This document shows positions 26,051 to 38,250 of a stretch of 64,000 nucleotides of DNA, one piece after another. Each line of letters begins with the position of its first letter. Position 1 is the first letter of the stretch. Source of the DNA: Mobula hypostoma (taxonomy: Eukaryota). The notes beneath the pieces are model-generated. The model saw nothing but the letters and a program-made list of their open reading frames with translations, ran no database searches and was not told the origin of the DNA. Location of the stretch: the NCBI RefSeq assembly GCF_963921235.1, contig NC_086097.1:192140001-192204000 (forward strand), in the 5' to 3' direction. A program made the position numbers and the translations under genes.

Positions 26051-27402
26051 TGACACAAATCAGTAGGTGCTCATCTACATCCTGAGACCAGAGACCAGTA
26101 TTACTTCTCTTTCACAGATGCTGCCAAACTTAATCAGTATTTTCAGCATTTTTTTCAGTTTCACATTTCAAGCATTTGCAGTCCTTTTGATTTTCATTAG
26201 AAACCTATCAACACTGGTGAAACTTGCAGTTGAGTAATGTTGACTGTTGATGTCAGTATAAGATGAATGATAGTGAAGCAATAGCTTATTAAGCTATTCT
26301 TATTTTCATTCACTGTACATGGAAAGAAGTATGCAGCTTATTTCCTGTGGTTGTCCTAAGTCAATTTTTATTCCTTTTGCGCAAATTGCATCGCTGGCAA
26401 GTTGTGAATTTATTGCCCACTCTGAAATGCCCTTGAAAAGCTGGTGATGAGCCAACATCACCATTCCTGAAAGAGAGGGAGGAGGTGATGACTGCAAGCC
26501 AGATTGAATCTTATCCTTGTGGGGAGATTTGCTAGAGCTGTTGGGGAGGGTTAAAACTAATTTATGTATATTTCCAGAAGGCCACAGTATTATACACTGC
26601 TAGATTAGTCAGAATGTTCCTAGTAATTGAGAAATGAGTGTGCTTGGCTATGCCCATACCTCAGGTTTTACCAGGTTGAGCTGAGAAATAATAAAAATAT
26701 AGTAATAGTAAATAAATAAATAGTATTCAAAACATGACTTGTAGAATCCTTGCAAGTGTTTTCATAGGTTGTGGAATCAGTTCAGTGTTGGGGTAAGTGA
26801 AGTTATCCTCTCTGGTTCAGGAGCCTGATGCTTGAAGGGTAATAACTGTTTCTGAACCTGGTGGTGTGGGACCTAAGGCATTAGTGGCGGACCAATTGAT
26901 TCAAAGAGAGAGAAAGCTTTGCACAAGTTGGGCAGAAAAGTTTAAAAAAGGAGCATTCATGGGCAGGGAGCATTAGCAATGGACCAATCGATTTGCGATT
27001 CATTAGCAGGAGCAAATAAACGTAAAGCAAAGTCAAAGCAGAGGGACTATTGTGTGAGTAGATCAGTGTAGGAGTGGGAACTTGAGGCTTTGGTTCAAGA
27101 GGCTTTGGCCATGTGGGTACCAATAACATAGATAGAATGAGGAAAGAGGTTCTGCTGAGGGAATTTGAGCAGCTAGTGACCAAAAAGGTAATAATCTCTG
27201 GATACTACATGAGCCACATGCAAATTGGCATAGGTTCAAGAAGATTCGAGAGTTAAATGCATGGCTCAAGGATTGGCGTGGGAGAAGTGGGTTTGAATTC
27301 ATGGGAACAACAGGAATTCTGCGGATGCTGGAAATTCAAGCAACACACATAAAAGTTGCTGGTGAATACAGCAGGCCAGGCAGCATCTCTAGGAAGGGGT
27401 AC

Positions 27403-27438
27403 AGTCGACGTTTCAGGCCGAGACCCTTCGTCAGGACT
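27403..27438 (-). ncRNA. Minimal type I hammerhead ribozyme motif
   Basis: Reverse complement AGTC-CTGACGA-AGGGTCTCGGCCT-GAAA-CGTC-GACT. Confidence 0.75.
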
Positions 27439-28379
27439 AACTGAAGGAAGAGTGAGTAAGAGATTTGAAAGTGGGAGGGGGAGGAGGAGATCCAAAATGA
27501 TAGGAGAAGACAGGAGGGGGAGGGATGGAGCCAAGAGCTGGACAGGTGATTGGCAAAAGGGGATACGAGAGGATCATGGGACAGGAGGTCCGGGAAGAAA
27601 GGCAAGGGGGGGGGGAACCCAGAGGATGGGCAAGGGGTATATTCAGAGGGACAGAGGGAGAAAAAGGAGAATGAGAGAAAGAATGTGTGTATAAAAATAA
27701 GTAACAGATGGGGTACGAGGGGGAGGTGGGGCATTAGTGGAAGTTAGAGAAGTCAATGTTCATGCCATCAGGTTGGAGGCTACCCAGACGGAATATAAGG
27801 TGTTGTTCCTCCAACCTGAGTGTGGCTTCATCTTTACAGTAGAGGAGGCCGTGGATAGACATGTCAGAATGGGAATGGGATGTGGAATTAAAATGTGTGG
27901 CCACTGGGAGATCCTGCTTTCTCTGGCGGACAGAGCATAGATGTTCAGCAAAGCAGTCTCCCAGTCCACGGCCTCCTCTACTGTAAAGATGAAGTCACAC
28001 TCAGGTTGGAGGAACAACACCTTATATTCCGTCTGGGTAGCCTCCAACCTGATGGCATGAACATCGACTTCTCTAACTTCCGCTAATGCCCCACCTCCCC
28101 CTCGTACCCCATCTGTTACTTATTTTTATACACACATTCTTTCTCTCATTCTCCTTTTTCTCCCTCTGTCCGTCTGAATATACCCCTTGCCCATCCTCTG
28201 GGAACCCCCCCCCTTGTCTTTCTTCCCGGACCTCCTGTCCCATGATTCTCTCGTATCCGTTTTGCCTATCACCTGTCCAGCTCTTGGCTCCATCCCTCCC
28301 CCTCCTGTCTTCTTCTATCATTTTGGATCTCCCCCTCCCCCTCCAACTTTCAAATCCCTTACTCACTCTTCCTTCAGTT

Positions 28380-28415
28380 AGTCCTGACGAAGGGTCTCGG
28401 CCTGAAACGTCGACT
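28380..28415 (+). ncRNA. Minimal type I hammerhead ribozyme motif
   Basis: Stem I AGTC/GACT, core CUGACGA and GAAA, stem II AGG/CCU, palindromic ACGU stem III, GUC triplet (predicted cut after 28411). Confidence 0.78.
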
Positions 28416-29502
28416 GCACCTCTTCCTAGAGCTGCTGCCTGGCCTGCTGTGTTCACCAGCAACTTTTATTTGAATTCATGGGAAATTGGCACCAGTTTTG
28501 GGGAAGGAGGGAACAGTTCCAATGGGACAGGCTCCACCTGAAGCATGATAGGACCTGGATTCCAGCGAATCGCATAACTATGGCTGTGGATAGGGCTTCA
28601 AACTAAATAGTTGTGGGGGGGGGGGGTTTCAACAGATTGGAGAAGTATGGATAAAGCAAAAAAGAAAAGTGTGGATAAAGATAAAGAAAAAGCAAAAAAT
28701 TAAAAAAAGAGAAAAGGAAGAGTGACGAGAAGAAAAGTCAAGTGCAAAAGAGTAAAAGATTACAAGATTTTAAAAGCACAATGAGTGCAAGGGCTCTTTA
28801 ATTGAATGCCCGTAGTATCTGAAACAAGGTCAGTGAACTTGTGGTGCAAATCAGTACAAAGGGGTATGATTTAGTGGCCATTACAGAACGTGGTTTCAGG
28901 GTGGAGAGGATTGGGAATTAAATAACCGAGGATATCAGGTAATATGGAAGGATAGGCAGGGAGGAAAGGGAGGTGGGGTTGGACTCTTAATTAAAGATGA
29001 GATCAGAGTTATAGTGAGAGATGATATAAGATCCAAGGAGCAGAATGTTGAATCCATCTGGATAGAGATAAGGAATAGTAAAGGAAAAAAAATCACTGGT
29101 GGGTGTTGTCTATCGGCCACCGAAAAATAACATTATAGTGACACTGGCGGAGGCATGTAAAAACTGGAACAGCAGTTATCATGGGGGACTTCAACTTGCA
29201 CATAGGTTAGGTGAATTAAGTTGGTTGAGGTAGACTTGAGGAGGACTTCACAGAATGCATCCATGATGGCTTTCTTGAACAGCATGTTACTGAACCTAAA
29301 GGGAATATGATATCAGACAGGTAAAATTAGTGATCTTGTAGTTAGGGATCCTCTTAGAAAGAGTAATCACAGAATGATTGAGTTTCTCATACAAATGGAG
29401 GGTGCAATAGTTCGATCTATTATGCCTCAACAATGGAGGCTACAATGGGATTTGCCTAGTGTAGACTCGTAACACAGCCTATATGGAGGAACAGTGGAAG
29501 AC

Positions 29503-31785
29503 ATACATAGAACATAGAACATAGAATAGTACAGCACAGTACAGGCCCTTCAGCCCACAATGTTGTGCCGACCCTCAAACCCTGCCTCCCATATAAGCCC
29601 CCACCTTAAATTCCTCCATATACCTGTCTAGTAGTCTCTTAAACTTCACTAGTGTATCTGCCTCCACTGACTCAGGCAGTGCATTCCACACACCAAACAC
29701 ACTCTGAGTAAAAAACCTTCCTCTAATATCCCCCTTGAACTTCCCATCCCTTACTTTAAAGCCATGTCCTCTTGTATTGAGCAGTGGTCCCCTGGAGAAG
29801 AGGCGCTGGCTATCCACTCTATCTATTCCTCTTATTATCTTGTACACCTCTATCATGTCTCCTCTCATCCTCCTTCTCTCCAAAGAGTAAAGCCCTAGCT
29901 CCCTTAATCTCTGATCATAATGCATACTTTCTAAACCAGGCAGCATCCTGGTAAATCTCCTCTGTACCCTTTCCAATGCTTCCACGTCCTTCCTATCGTG
30001 AGGTGACCAGAACTGGACACAGTACTCCAAGTGTGGCCTAACCAGAGTTTTATAGAGCTGCATCATTACATCGCGACTCTTAAACTCTATCCCTCGACTT
30101 ATGAAAGCTAACACCCCATAAGCTTTCTTAACTACCCTATCCACCTGTGAGGCAACTTTCAGGGATCTGTGGACATGTACCCCGAGATCTCTCTGCTCTT
30201 CCACACTACCAAGTATCCTGCCATTTACTTTGTACTCTGCCTTGGAGTTTGTCCTTCCAAAGTGTATCACCTCACACTTCTCCAGGTTGAAGTCCATCTG
30301 CCACTTCTCAGCCCACTTCTGCATCCTATCGGTGTCTCTCTGCAATCTTTGACAATCCTCTACACTATCTACAACACCACCAACCTTTGTGTCATCTGCA
30401 AACTTGCCAACTCACCCTTCTACCCCCACATCCAGGTCGTTAATAAAAATCACGAAAAGTAGAGGTCCCAGAACAGCCAATTCTGAATCCACCTGGCCAA
30501 ACTTCCCTAGATCCCATGCCTTCTAACTTTCTGAATAAGCCTACTGTGTGGAACCTTGTCAAATGCCTTACTAAAATCCATATAGATCACATCCACTGCA
30601 CTACCCTCGTCTATATGCCTGGTCACCTCCTCAAAGAACTCTAGCAGGCTTGTTAGACACGATCTGCCCTTCACAAAGCCATGCTGACTGTCCCTGATCA
30701 GACCATGATTCTCTAAATGTCTATAGATCCTATCTCTAAGAATCTTTTCCAACAGCTTTCCCACCACAGACGTAAGGCTTTTCCATGATAATGCTAAAGG
30801 CCAGGGAGTGGTGGTCACTGTCCCCCAGATGCTCACCCACTGAGAGATCTGTGACCTGACCTGGTTCATTACCTAGTACTAGATCTAGTATGGCATTCCC
30901 CCTGGTCGGCCTGTCCACATACTGTGGCAGGAATCCATCCTGGACACACTTAACAAACTCTGCCCCATCTAAACCCTTGGAACTAATCAGGTGCCAATCA
31001 ATATTAGGGAAGTTAAAGTCACCCATGATAACAACCCTGTTATTTTTGCACCTTTCCAAAATCTGCCTCCCAATCTGCTCCTCTGTATCTCTGCTGCTAC
31101 CAGGGGGCCTATGGAATACCCCCAGTAGAGTAACTGCTCCCTTCCTGTTCCTACTTCCACCCATATTGACTCAAAAGAGGATCCTGCTACATTACCCACC
31201 CTTTCTGTAGCTGTAATAGTATCCCTGACCAGTAATGCCACCCCTCCTCCTCTTTTTCCACCCTCTCTATCCCTTTTAAAGCACTGAAATCCAGGAATAT
31301 TGAGAATCCATTCCTGCCCTGGTGCCAGCCAAGTCTCTGTAATGGCCACTACATCATAATTCCATGTATGTATCCAAGCTCTCAGTTCATCACCTTTGTT
31401 GCTGATGCTTCTTGCATTGAGGTACACACACTTCAGCCCTTCTACCTTACTGTCTTTACACCGTTTATTCTGCTTCTCTTTCCTCAAAGCCTCTCTATAT
31501 GTTAGATCTGGCTTTACTCCATGCACTTCTTTCACTGCTCTATCGCTCTGGGTCCCATCCCCCTTGCAAATTAGTTTAAACCCTCCCGAACCATGCTAGC
31601 AAACCTACCTGCAAGGATATTGCTCCCCCTCGAGTTCAGGTGCAACCCATCCAATCTGTACTGGTCCCACCTTCCCCAGAAGAGATCCCAATGATCTAAA
31701 AATCTAAAACCCTGCTCCCTGCACCAACTCCTCAGCCACGCATTCAACTGCCATCTCCTTCAATTCTTACCATCACTGTCACGTA
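29503..31785 (-). mobile_element. Young CR1 LINE with internal deletions, nested antisense in the older CR1
   Basis: Endonuclease YLNARSISNK..AITETWL (30987-31535) and IMGDFNFPNIDW; deletions near 30475 and 30775; intact 256-aa C-terminal ORF at 29575-30345; (ACATAGA)n tail. Confidence 0.9.
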
Positions 31786-32692
31786 GAGATTTTTCACGGT
31801 GCTCAACAAAAGTATATTCCAGTTAAAAGCAAAGATAGTAAGGGTGGGGAGAGCCAGCCTTGGATAACTAATGAAATAAAAGAAGGCATCAAACTAAAAT
31901 CTCATGCGTACAAATTTGCCAAGAGTAGTGAGAAATTGGAAGATTGGGAAGACTTTACAAAAGAACAAATTACCACTAAGCAAGCAATAAAGAAAGGGAA
32001 GTTAGGTTATGAAAATAAACTAGCACAAAATATAAAAATAGACAGAAGAAGTTTTTATCACTATATAAAGCAGAAAAGGGTGGCTGAAGTGAATATAGGT
32101 CCCTTGGAGGATGAGAAGGGGGAATTGGTTAATGAAGAAATGGTCAAGGCATTAAATGACCATTTCTGTCGGTCTTCACAGTGGAGGACACATCTAACGT
32201 GCCAAAGAGAGATATTATGGATGTGGTGGGAGGTGAGGACCTTGATACAATAACTATCATTAAAGAGGTACTGCTGAGCAAACTTATGGGCCTGAAGATG
32301 GATAAGTCCCCTGGTCCTGATAGAAGGCATCCCAGGGTACTAAAAAAAATGGCAGAAGTTATAGTAGAGGCTTTGGTGATAATATACCAAAATTCTCTGG
32401 ACTATGGGTGGGTCCCAGTGGATTGGAAAATGGTGAATGTCACGCCACTGTTCGAAAAAAGATGTAGGTAAAAGGCAGGTAACTTTAGGCCAGTTAGTTT
32501 AACATCTGTAGTTGGGAAAATGCTTGAAGCTGTCGTTAAAGAAGAAATAATGAGATATCCGGAAACAAATGGATCCATTAGGCAGACACAGCATGGATTC
32601 AGCAAAGGCAGGTCATGTTTGAAAAATTTACTGGAGTTCTTTGAGGATATAATGACCATAGTGGATAGAGGGAAACAGATGGATGTTATTTA

Positions 32693-33301
32693 AGCAACAC
32701 ACACAAAAAATGATGGTGAAGGCAGCAGGCCAGGCAGCATCTGTAGGAAGAGGTACAGTCAATGTTTCGGGCTGAGACCCTTCGTCAGGACTAACTGAAA
32801 GAAGAAATAGTAAGAGATTTGAAAGTGGGAGGGGGAGGGGGAGATCTGAAATGATAGGAGAAGACAGGAGGGGGAGGGATGGAGCCAAGAGCTGGAAAGT
32901 TGATTGGCAAAAGGGATACAAGGCTGGAGAAGGGAGAGGATCATGGGATGGGAGGCCTAGGGAGAAAGAAAGGGGGAGGGATGCCCAGAGGATGGATAGC
33001 AGGCAGAAGTATAGTGAGAGGAACAGAGGGAGAAAAAAGAGAGAGAGGAAAAAAGGGGGAAAAATAAAAAATAACAAATAAATAAATAAATAAGGGATGA
33101 GGTACAAAGGGGAGGAGGGGCATTAACGGAAGTTAGAGAAGTGAATGTTCATGCCATCAGGTTGGAGGCTACCCAGATGGAATATAAGGTGTTGTTCCTC
33201 CAACCTGAGTGTGGCTTCATCTTGACATTAGCAGAGGCCGTGGATAGACTTATCAGAATGGGTATGGGATGTGGAATTTCCAGCATTTGCAGATTTCCTC
33301 G
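32693..33301 (-). mobile_element. Penelope-like insertion whose terminal ~25 nt are inverted to the opposite end
   Basis: 13-bp TSD TGGATGTTATTTA (32680-32692 and 33302-33314). The body is on the minus strand; the 3'-terminal piece ttccagcatttgcagatttcctcg is on the plus strand at the right end. Confidence 0.85.
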
Positions 33302-35219
33302 TGGATGTTATTTACTTGGATTTCCAGAATGTGTTCGATAAGGTGCTGCATAAAAGAATTATCCATAAGATAAGGATGCATAGAGTTGGGGTAATGTATT
33401 AGTATGTTTAGAAGACTGGCTAACTAATAGAAAGCAGAGAGTTTGGATACATGGATGTTACTCTGGTCGGCAATCAGTGGTGAGCGGTGTGCCACAGGGG
33501 TCGGTGCTGGGCCCACAACTGTTCACAATGTGCATTAACAATCTAGAATATGTAACCAGGTGCAGTGTATCTAAGTTTGCTGATGATACAAAATTGAGTG
33601 GAAAAGCAAATTTTGTGGAAGATACAGAGAGTCTGCAGAGAGATATAAATAGGTTAAGTGAGTGGGCAATTGTCTGGCAGATGGAGTATCATGTTGGTAA
33701 ATGCGAGGTCATCCACTTTGGTAGGAAAAATGAAAGAGCAGATTATTATTTAAATGGTAAAAAAATTGCAGCGTACTGCTGTGCAGAGGGACTTGGCAGC
33801 ACTTGTGCATGAATCACAAAAGGTTGGTTTGCAGGTGCAGCAGGCCATCAAGAAGGCAAATGGAATATTGGCCTTCATTGCTAGAAGGATTGAATTTAAG
33901 GGCAGGGATGTTCTGCTGCAACAGTGCAGGGTACTGGTGAGGCTGCACCTGGAGTACTGTGTGCAGTTCTGGTCTCCTTACTTGAGGAAAGATGTACTAG
34001 CTTTGGAGGCGGTGCAGAGGGGGTTCAACAGGTTGATTCCAGAGATGAGGGGTTTAGACTATGAGGAGATATTGAGTTGCCTGGGACTGTACTTGCTGGA
34101 ATTCAGAAGAATGAGAGGAGATCTTATAGAAACATATAAAATTAAAAAAGGGATAGATAAGATAAAGGCAGGAATGTTGTTTCCACTGGTAGGTGAGACT
34201 AGAACTAGATTAGACATAGCTTCAAGATTTGGGGGAGTAGATTTAGGATGGAGATGAGGATGAATTGCTTTTCCCAGAGAGTGGTGAATCTGTGGAATTC
34301 TCTGCCCAATGAAGCAGTGGAGTCTACCTCAATAAGACAAGATTGGATAGATTTTTGCATAGTAGGGGAATTAAGGGTTATGTGGAAAAGGCAGGTCGGT
34401 GGAAAAGATTTCATGGCCAGATCAGCCATGATCTTATTGAATATCAAATGGCCAGATGGCCTACTCCTGCTCCTATGTCTTATGTAATATGTAAGGTTCT
34501 GTCTTGGAAGATTACTTTTGAAATTTTACAAAGCCATATCTTCTTCAACCTTTTGATCCTTACTTTTGATCCTGAGTTCAGAAACACAGACATTTTCTGA
34601 TGATTCCACAGTAACTAAGCAATCCATGTCTATGTGTAGCAAGACTGGGGTTAGATTTGGGCCTGGTGTGAAAAGTGATAATTTAATTCATTGAAAAGAA
34701 AATCAGGCAATGTTCATTTTCAACAAGGTGCTAGGTATGAAAATAAAAATAAAACCCAGATGTTGGAAATCTGAAACATAAAACTGCAGGAACATTCAGC
34801 AGCAGAAATAGAAACAGAGTTGACATTACAGTTTGAAAACCTTACAAGCACATTAGGGAAAGTAAAAAATCTTTTAAGTTACACAGAAAGTGGGAGCAGG
34901 GGTGGACAGGATGACATGATTTCTGACGGGTTGAATCCAGGTAGCTGTGGGGGAATGAGTTGTTAATGGGACAGATAGATAGTTGCAAAGAAGCAATAAG
35001 TGACAAGTAATTTTCCTCTACGTGTGCATCTCAGAATGTGGGGGAGAAGCTGAGCTAATATCACAGCTGTATGACTTGCAGCTGAAGTGGCCAATTCTCG
35101 CATAGACAACATTCAAGTGTTCAACAACAGGAATTCTGCAGATGCTGGAAATTCAAGCAACACACATCAAAGTTGCTGGTGAACGCAGCAGACCAGGCAG
35201 CATCTGTAGGAAGAGGTAC

Positions 35220-35255
35220 AGTCGACGTTTCAGGCCGAGACCCTTCGTCAGGACT
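35220..35255 (-). ncRNA. Minimal type I hammerhead ribozyme motif
   Basis: Identical to the 28380-28415 motif, on the reverse strand. Confidence 0.75.
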
Positions 35256-35550
35256 AACTGAAGGAAGAGTGAGTAAGAGATTTGAAAGTTGGAGGGGGAG
35301 GGGGAGATCCAAAATGATAGGAGAAGACCGGAGGGGGAGGGATGGAGCCAAGAGCTGGTCAGGTGATAGGCAAAAGGGATATGAGGGGATCATGGGACAG
35401 GAGGTCCGGGAAGAAAGACAAGGTGGGGGGGGAACTGAGAAGATGGGCAAGGGGTATATTCAGAGGGACAGAGGGAGAAAAAAGAGAGTGAGAGAAAGAA
35501 TGTGTGCATAAAAATGAGTAACAGATGAGGTACGAGGGAGAGGTGGGGCA

Positions 35551-36340
35551 TTAGCGGAAGTTAGAGAAGTCGATGTTCATGCCATCAGGTTGGAGGCTAC
35601 CCAGACGGAATATAAGGTGTTATTCCTCCAACCTGAGTGTGGCTTCATCTTTACAGTAGAGGAGGCCGTGGATAGACATGTCAGAATGGGAATGGGATGT
35701 GGAATTAAAATGTGTGGCCACTGGGAGAGCCTGCTTTCTCTGGCGGACAGAGCGTAGGTGTTCAACAAAGCGGTCTCCCCGTCTGCATCGGGTCTCGCCA
35801 ATATATAGAAGGCCACATCTGGAGCACCGGACGTAGTATATCACCCCAGCCGACTCACAGGTGAAGTGTCGCCTCACCTGGAAGGACTGTCTGGGGCCCT
35901 GAATAGTGGTAAGGGAGGAAGTGTAAGGGCATGTGTAGCACTTTTTCTGCTTACAAGGATAAGTGCCAGGAGGGAAATCAGTGGGGAGGGATGGGGGGGG
36001 CGAATAGACAAGGGAGTCGCATAGGGAGCGATCCCTGCGGAAAGCAGAGAGAGCAGGGGAGGGAAAGATGTGCTTAGTGGTGGGATCCTGTTGGAGGTGG
36101 CAGAAGTTACGGAGAATAATATGTTGGACCCGGAGGCTGGTGGGGTGGTAGGTGAGGACCGGGGGACCCTATTCCTAGTGGGATGGTGGGAGATGGAGTG
36201 AGAGCAGATATACATGAAATGGGGGAGATGCGTTTGAGAGCAGAGTTGATAGCGGAGGAAGGGAAGTCCCTTTCTTTAAAAAAGGAGGACATCTTCCTCG
36301 TCCTGGAATGAAAAGCCTCATCCTGAGAGCAGATGCTGCG
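35551..36340 (-). pseudogene. Penelope RT C-terminus/linker and GIY-YIG endonuclease (frameshifted, one premature stop)
   Basis: LRSICSQDEAF..MSSFFKERDFP; FTCESAGVIYYVRCSRCGLLYIGETR..RFVEHL..PVATHFNS..RLEE*HLIFRLGSLQPDGMNIDF. Confidence 0.9.
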
Positions 36341-36875
36341 GAGACTGGGAGACTGCTTTGCTGAACACTTATGCTCTGTCCGCCAGAGAAAGCAGGATCT
36401 CCCAGTGGCCACACATTTTAATTCCACATCCCGTTCCCATTCTGACATGTCTATCCACGGCCTCCTCTACTGTAAAGATGAAGCCACACTCAGGTTGGAG
36501 GAACAGCACCTTATATTCAGTCTGGGTAGCCTCCAACCTGATGGCATGAACATCGACTTCTCTAACTTCCACTAATGCCCCACCTCCCCCTCGTACCCCA
36601 TCTGTTACTTATTTTTATACACACATTCTTTCTCTCACTCTCCTTTTTCTCCCTCTGTCCCTCTGAATATACCCCTTGCCCATCCTCTCGGTTCCCCCCC
36701 ACCCCCGGCTTGTCTTTCTTCCTGGACCTCCTGTCCCATGATCCTCTTGTATCCCTTTTGCCTATCACCTGTCCAGCTCTTGGCTCCATCCCTCCCCCTC
36801 CTGTCTTCTTCTATCATTTTGGATCTCCCCCTCCCCCTCCAACTTTCAAATCCCTTACTCACTCTTCCTTCAGTT

Positions 36876-36911
36876 AGTCCTGACGAAGGGTCTCGGCCTG
36901 AAACGTCGACT
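36876..36911 (+). ncRNA. Minimal type I hammerhead ribozyme motif
   Basis: AGTC-CTGACGA-AGGGTCTCGGCCT-GAAA-CGTC-GACT. Confidence 0.78.
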
Positions 36912-37349
36912 GCACCTCTTCCTAGAGCTGCTGCCTGGCCTGCTGCGTTCACCAGCAACTTTGATGTGTGTTGATTCAAGTGTTCAAAGTGAATTTATTG
37001 TTAAAGTTTAAATACTACCTTGAGATTCACTTTCTTGCAGGCATATACAGGAAATGAAATACAAATCAATTTTACTAAAAACTATACATGAGCAAAAACT
37101 GACAAACACCAATATGCAAAAGAAGGGAAGCTGTGCAAATAAATACTGAGAACAAGTTGTGAAGAGTCCTTGAATGTGACAAAGAAAATAAAGTTCTAGC
37201 AGTTCAAGAGTTCAATGCTAAATACACGTGTTCGCCATGTGAATAGATGGAAGATGAGGTGGTGCACCTTAAACTTATGTTGGGTTGACTTATAACAGTG
37301 CAAACCGCTAGGTTAGAGTAGCATGGAGAGATGAAGAGACTGCATGTTC

Positions 37350-38250
37350 TCCAAGAACACAAAATAGAAGCAGGAGTAGGTCACATGGCTCTCAAGACTA
37401 TTTGCTGTTCAATATGCTCAAGGCTGATCTATGCTGGCCCCAACTCCTCTACTGTGCCAGTTCCCCACTGCCCTCAATTTCCCGATCTTTCAAAAATGTA
37501 TCTACCTCCATTTTAAATAGTCAGTGATTTATCCTCTACTACTCTCTGTCCTGGAGAACGCCATAGATTCACTAACATCTGTGGAAATAAATTTCTGCAT
37601 GTATCAGTTTTAAATGACCAATCCCTAACTATAAATATGCTCCCTCATTTGACACTTTCCGACTAGTGAAGGATCTCCACCTTTATACTATCATGGCCTT
37701 TTATAAAATCACAGCTCATTCTTCTAAACGCAGACTGAAATTAATCACTCTTGATAGGTCAACCCACTCAGCCCAGGAAGCAGCTTGGGTGAATCTCTTT
37801 TCTTATGATGTCCTTCCTGGGATAAGGGAACCAAAATTATATGCAGTACTCCAAGTGTACCCTCACCAATACCCTGTGCAATTGTAACAAACCTTCCCTA
37901 TTTCTAAACTCTAACAACTTTGCAATAAAGGACAATGTATTGCTTACCTTCTTAACTAATTGTGGCATCTGCCTAATAACATTTTTGTGATTCATGCGCA
38001 AGAACTCTCGGGTGCGTTTTTGCTTCACTCATTTGCAGCTTCTCTCCATTTATAGAATCTGCCATTTGATTTTCCTTCCTGGTGTACATGACCTCACACA
38101 TTCCCACATGAAATTCAACTTGCCAAGCTTTCACCCACTCACTCAACCTGTCTATTCCTGTTGCAGAGTCCAAGCATCCTCATTGCACCATGCCCTTCCA
38201 CCCATCTGTGTCATCAGCAAATGTGGATACATTACAATTCTACCCCTTCA
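37350..38250 (-). mobile_element. Decayed CR1 3' fragment
   Basis: IDRLSEWVKAWQVEFHVGMCEVM; LLQLHRVLVRVHLEYC. Confidence 0.7.

Larger units (their letters stand above)
27308..28468. mobile_element. Penelope-like fold-back insertion with ~505-bp inverted arms
   Basis: 27349-27855 is the reverse complement of ~27964-28468. Perfect 16-bp TSD TTTGAATTCATGGGAA (27292-27307 and 28469-28484). Both arms encode the GIY-YIG C-terminus. Confidence 0.92.
26880..34490 (+). mobile_element. Long CR1 LINE (ORF1 remnant, APE endonuclease, RT) carrying three nested insertions
   Basis: ORF1-like ELNAWLKDW..GFEFMG..W..DRLHL across the PLE insertion; LNARSI..AITE endonuclease motifs (~28800); SGVPQGSVLGPQLF..KFADDTKL (33477-33812); (CTTATGT) tail at ~34480. 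Confidence 0.85.
35125..36973. mobile_element. Penelope-like fold-back insertion containing the GIY-YIG endonuclease region
   Basis: 14-bp TSD ATTCAAGTGTTCAA (35111-35124 and 36974-36987). The right arm (~36341-36973) is the inverted copy of ~35158-35785. Confidence 0.92.

Noticed and set aside
27253..28541. Many overlapping 60-150 aa ORFs (also at 17 kb, 33 kb and 35-37 kb)
   Set aside because: Spurious frames in the low-complexity purine/pyrimidine-rich Penelope 3' repeat.
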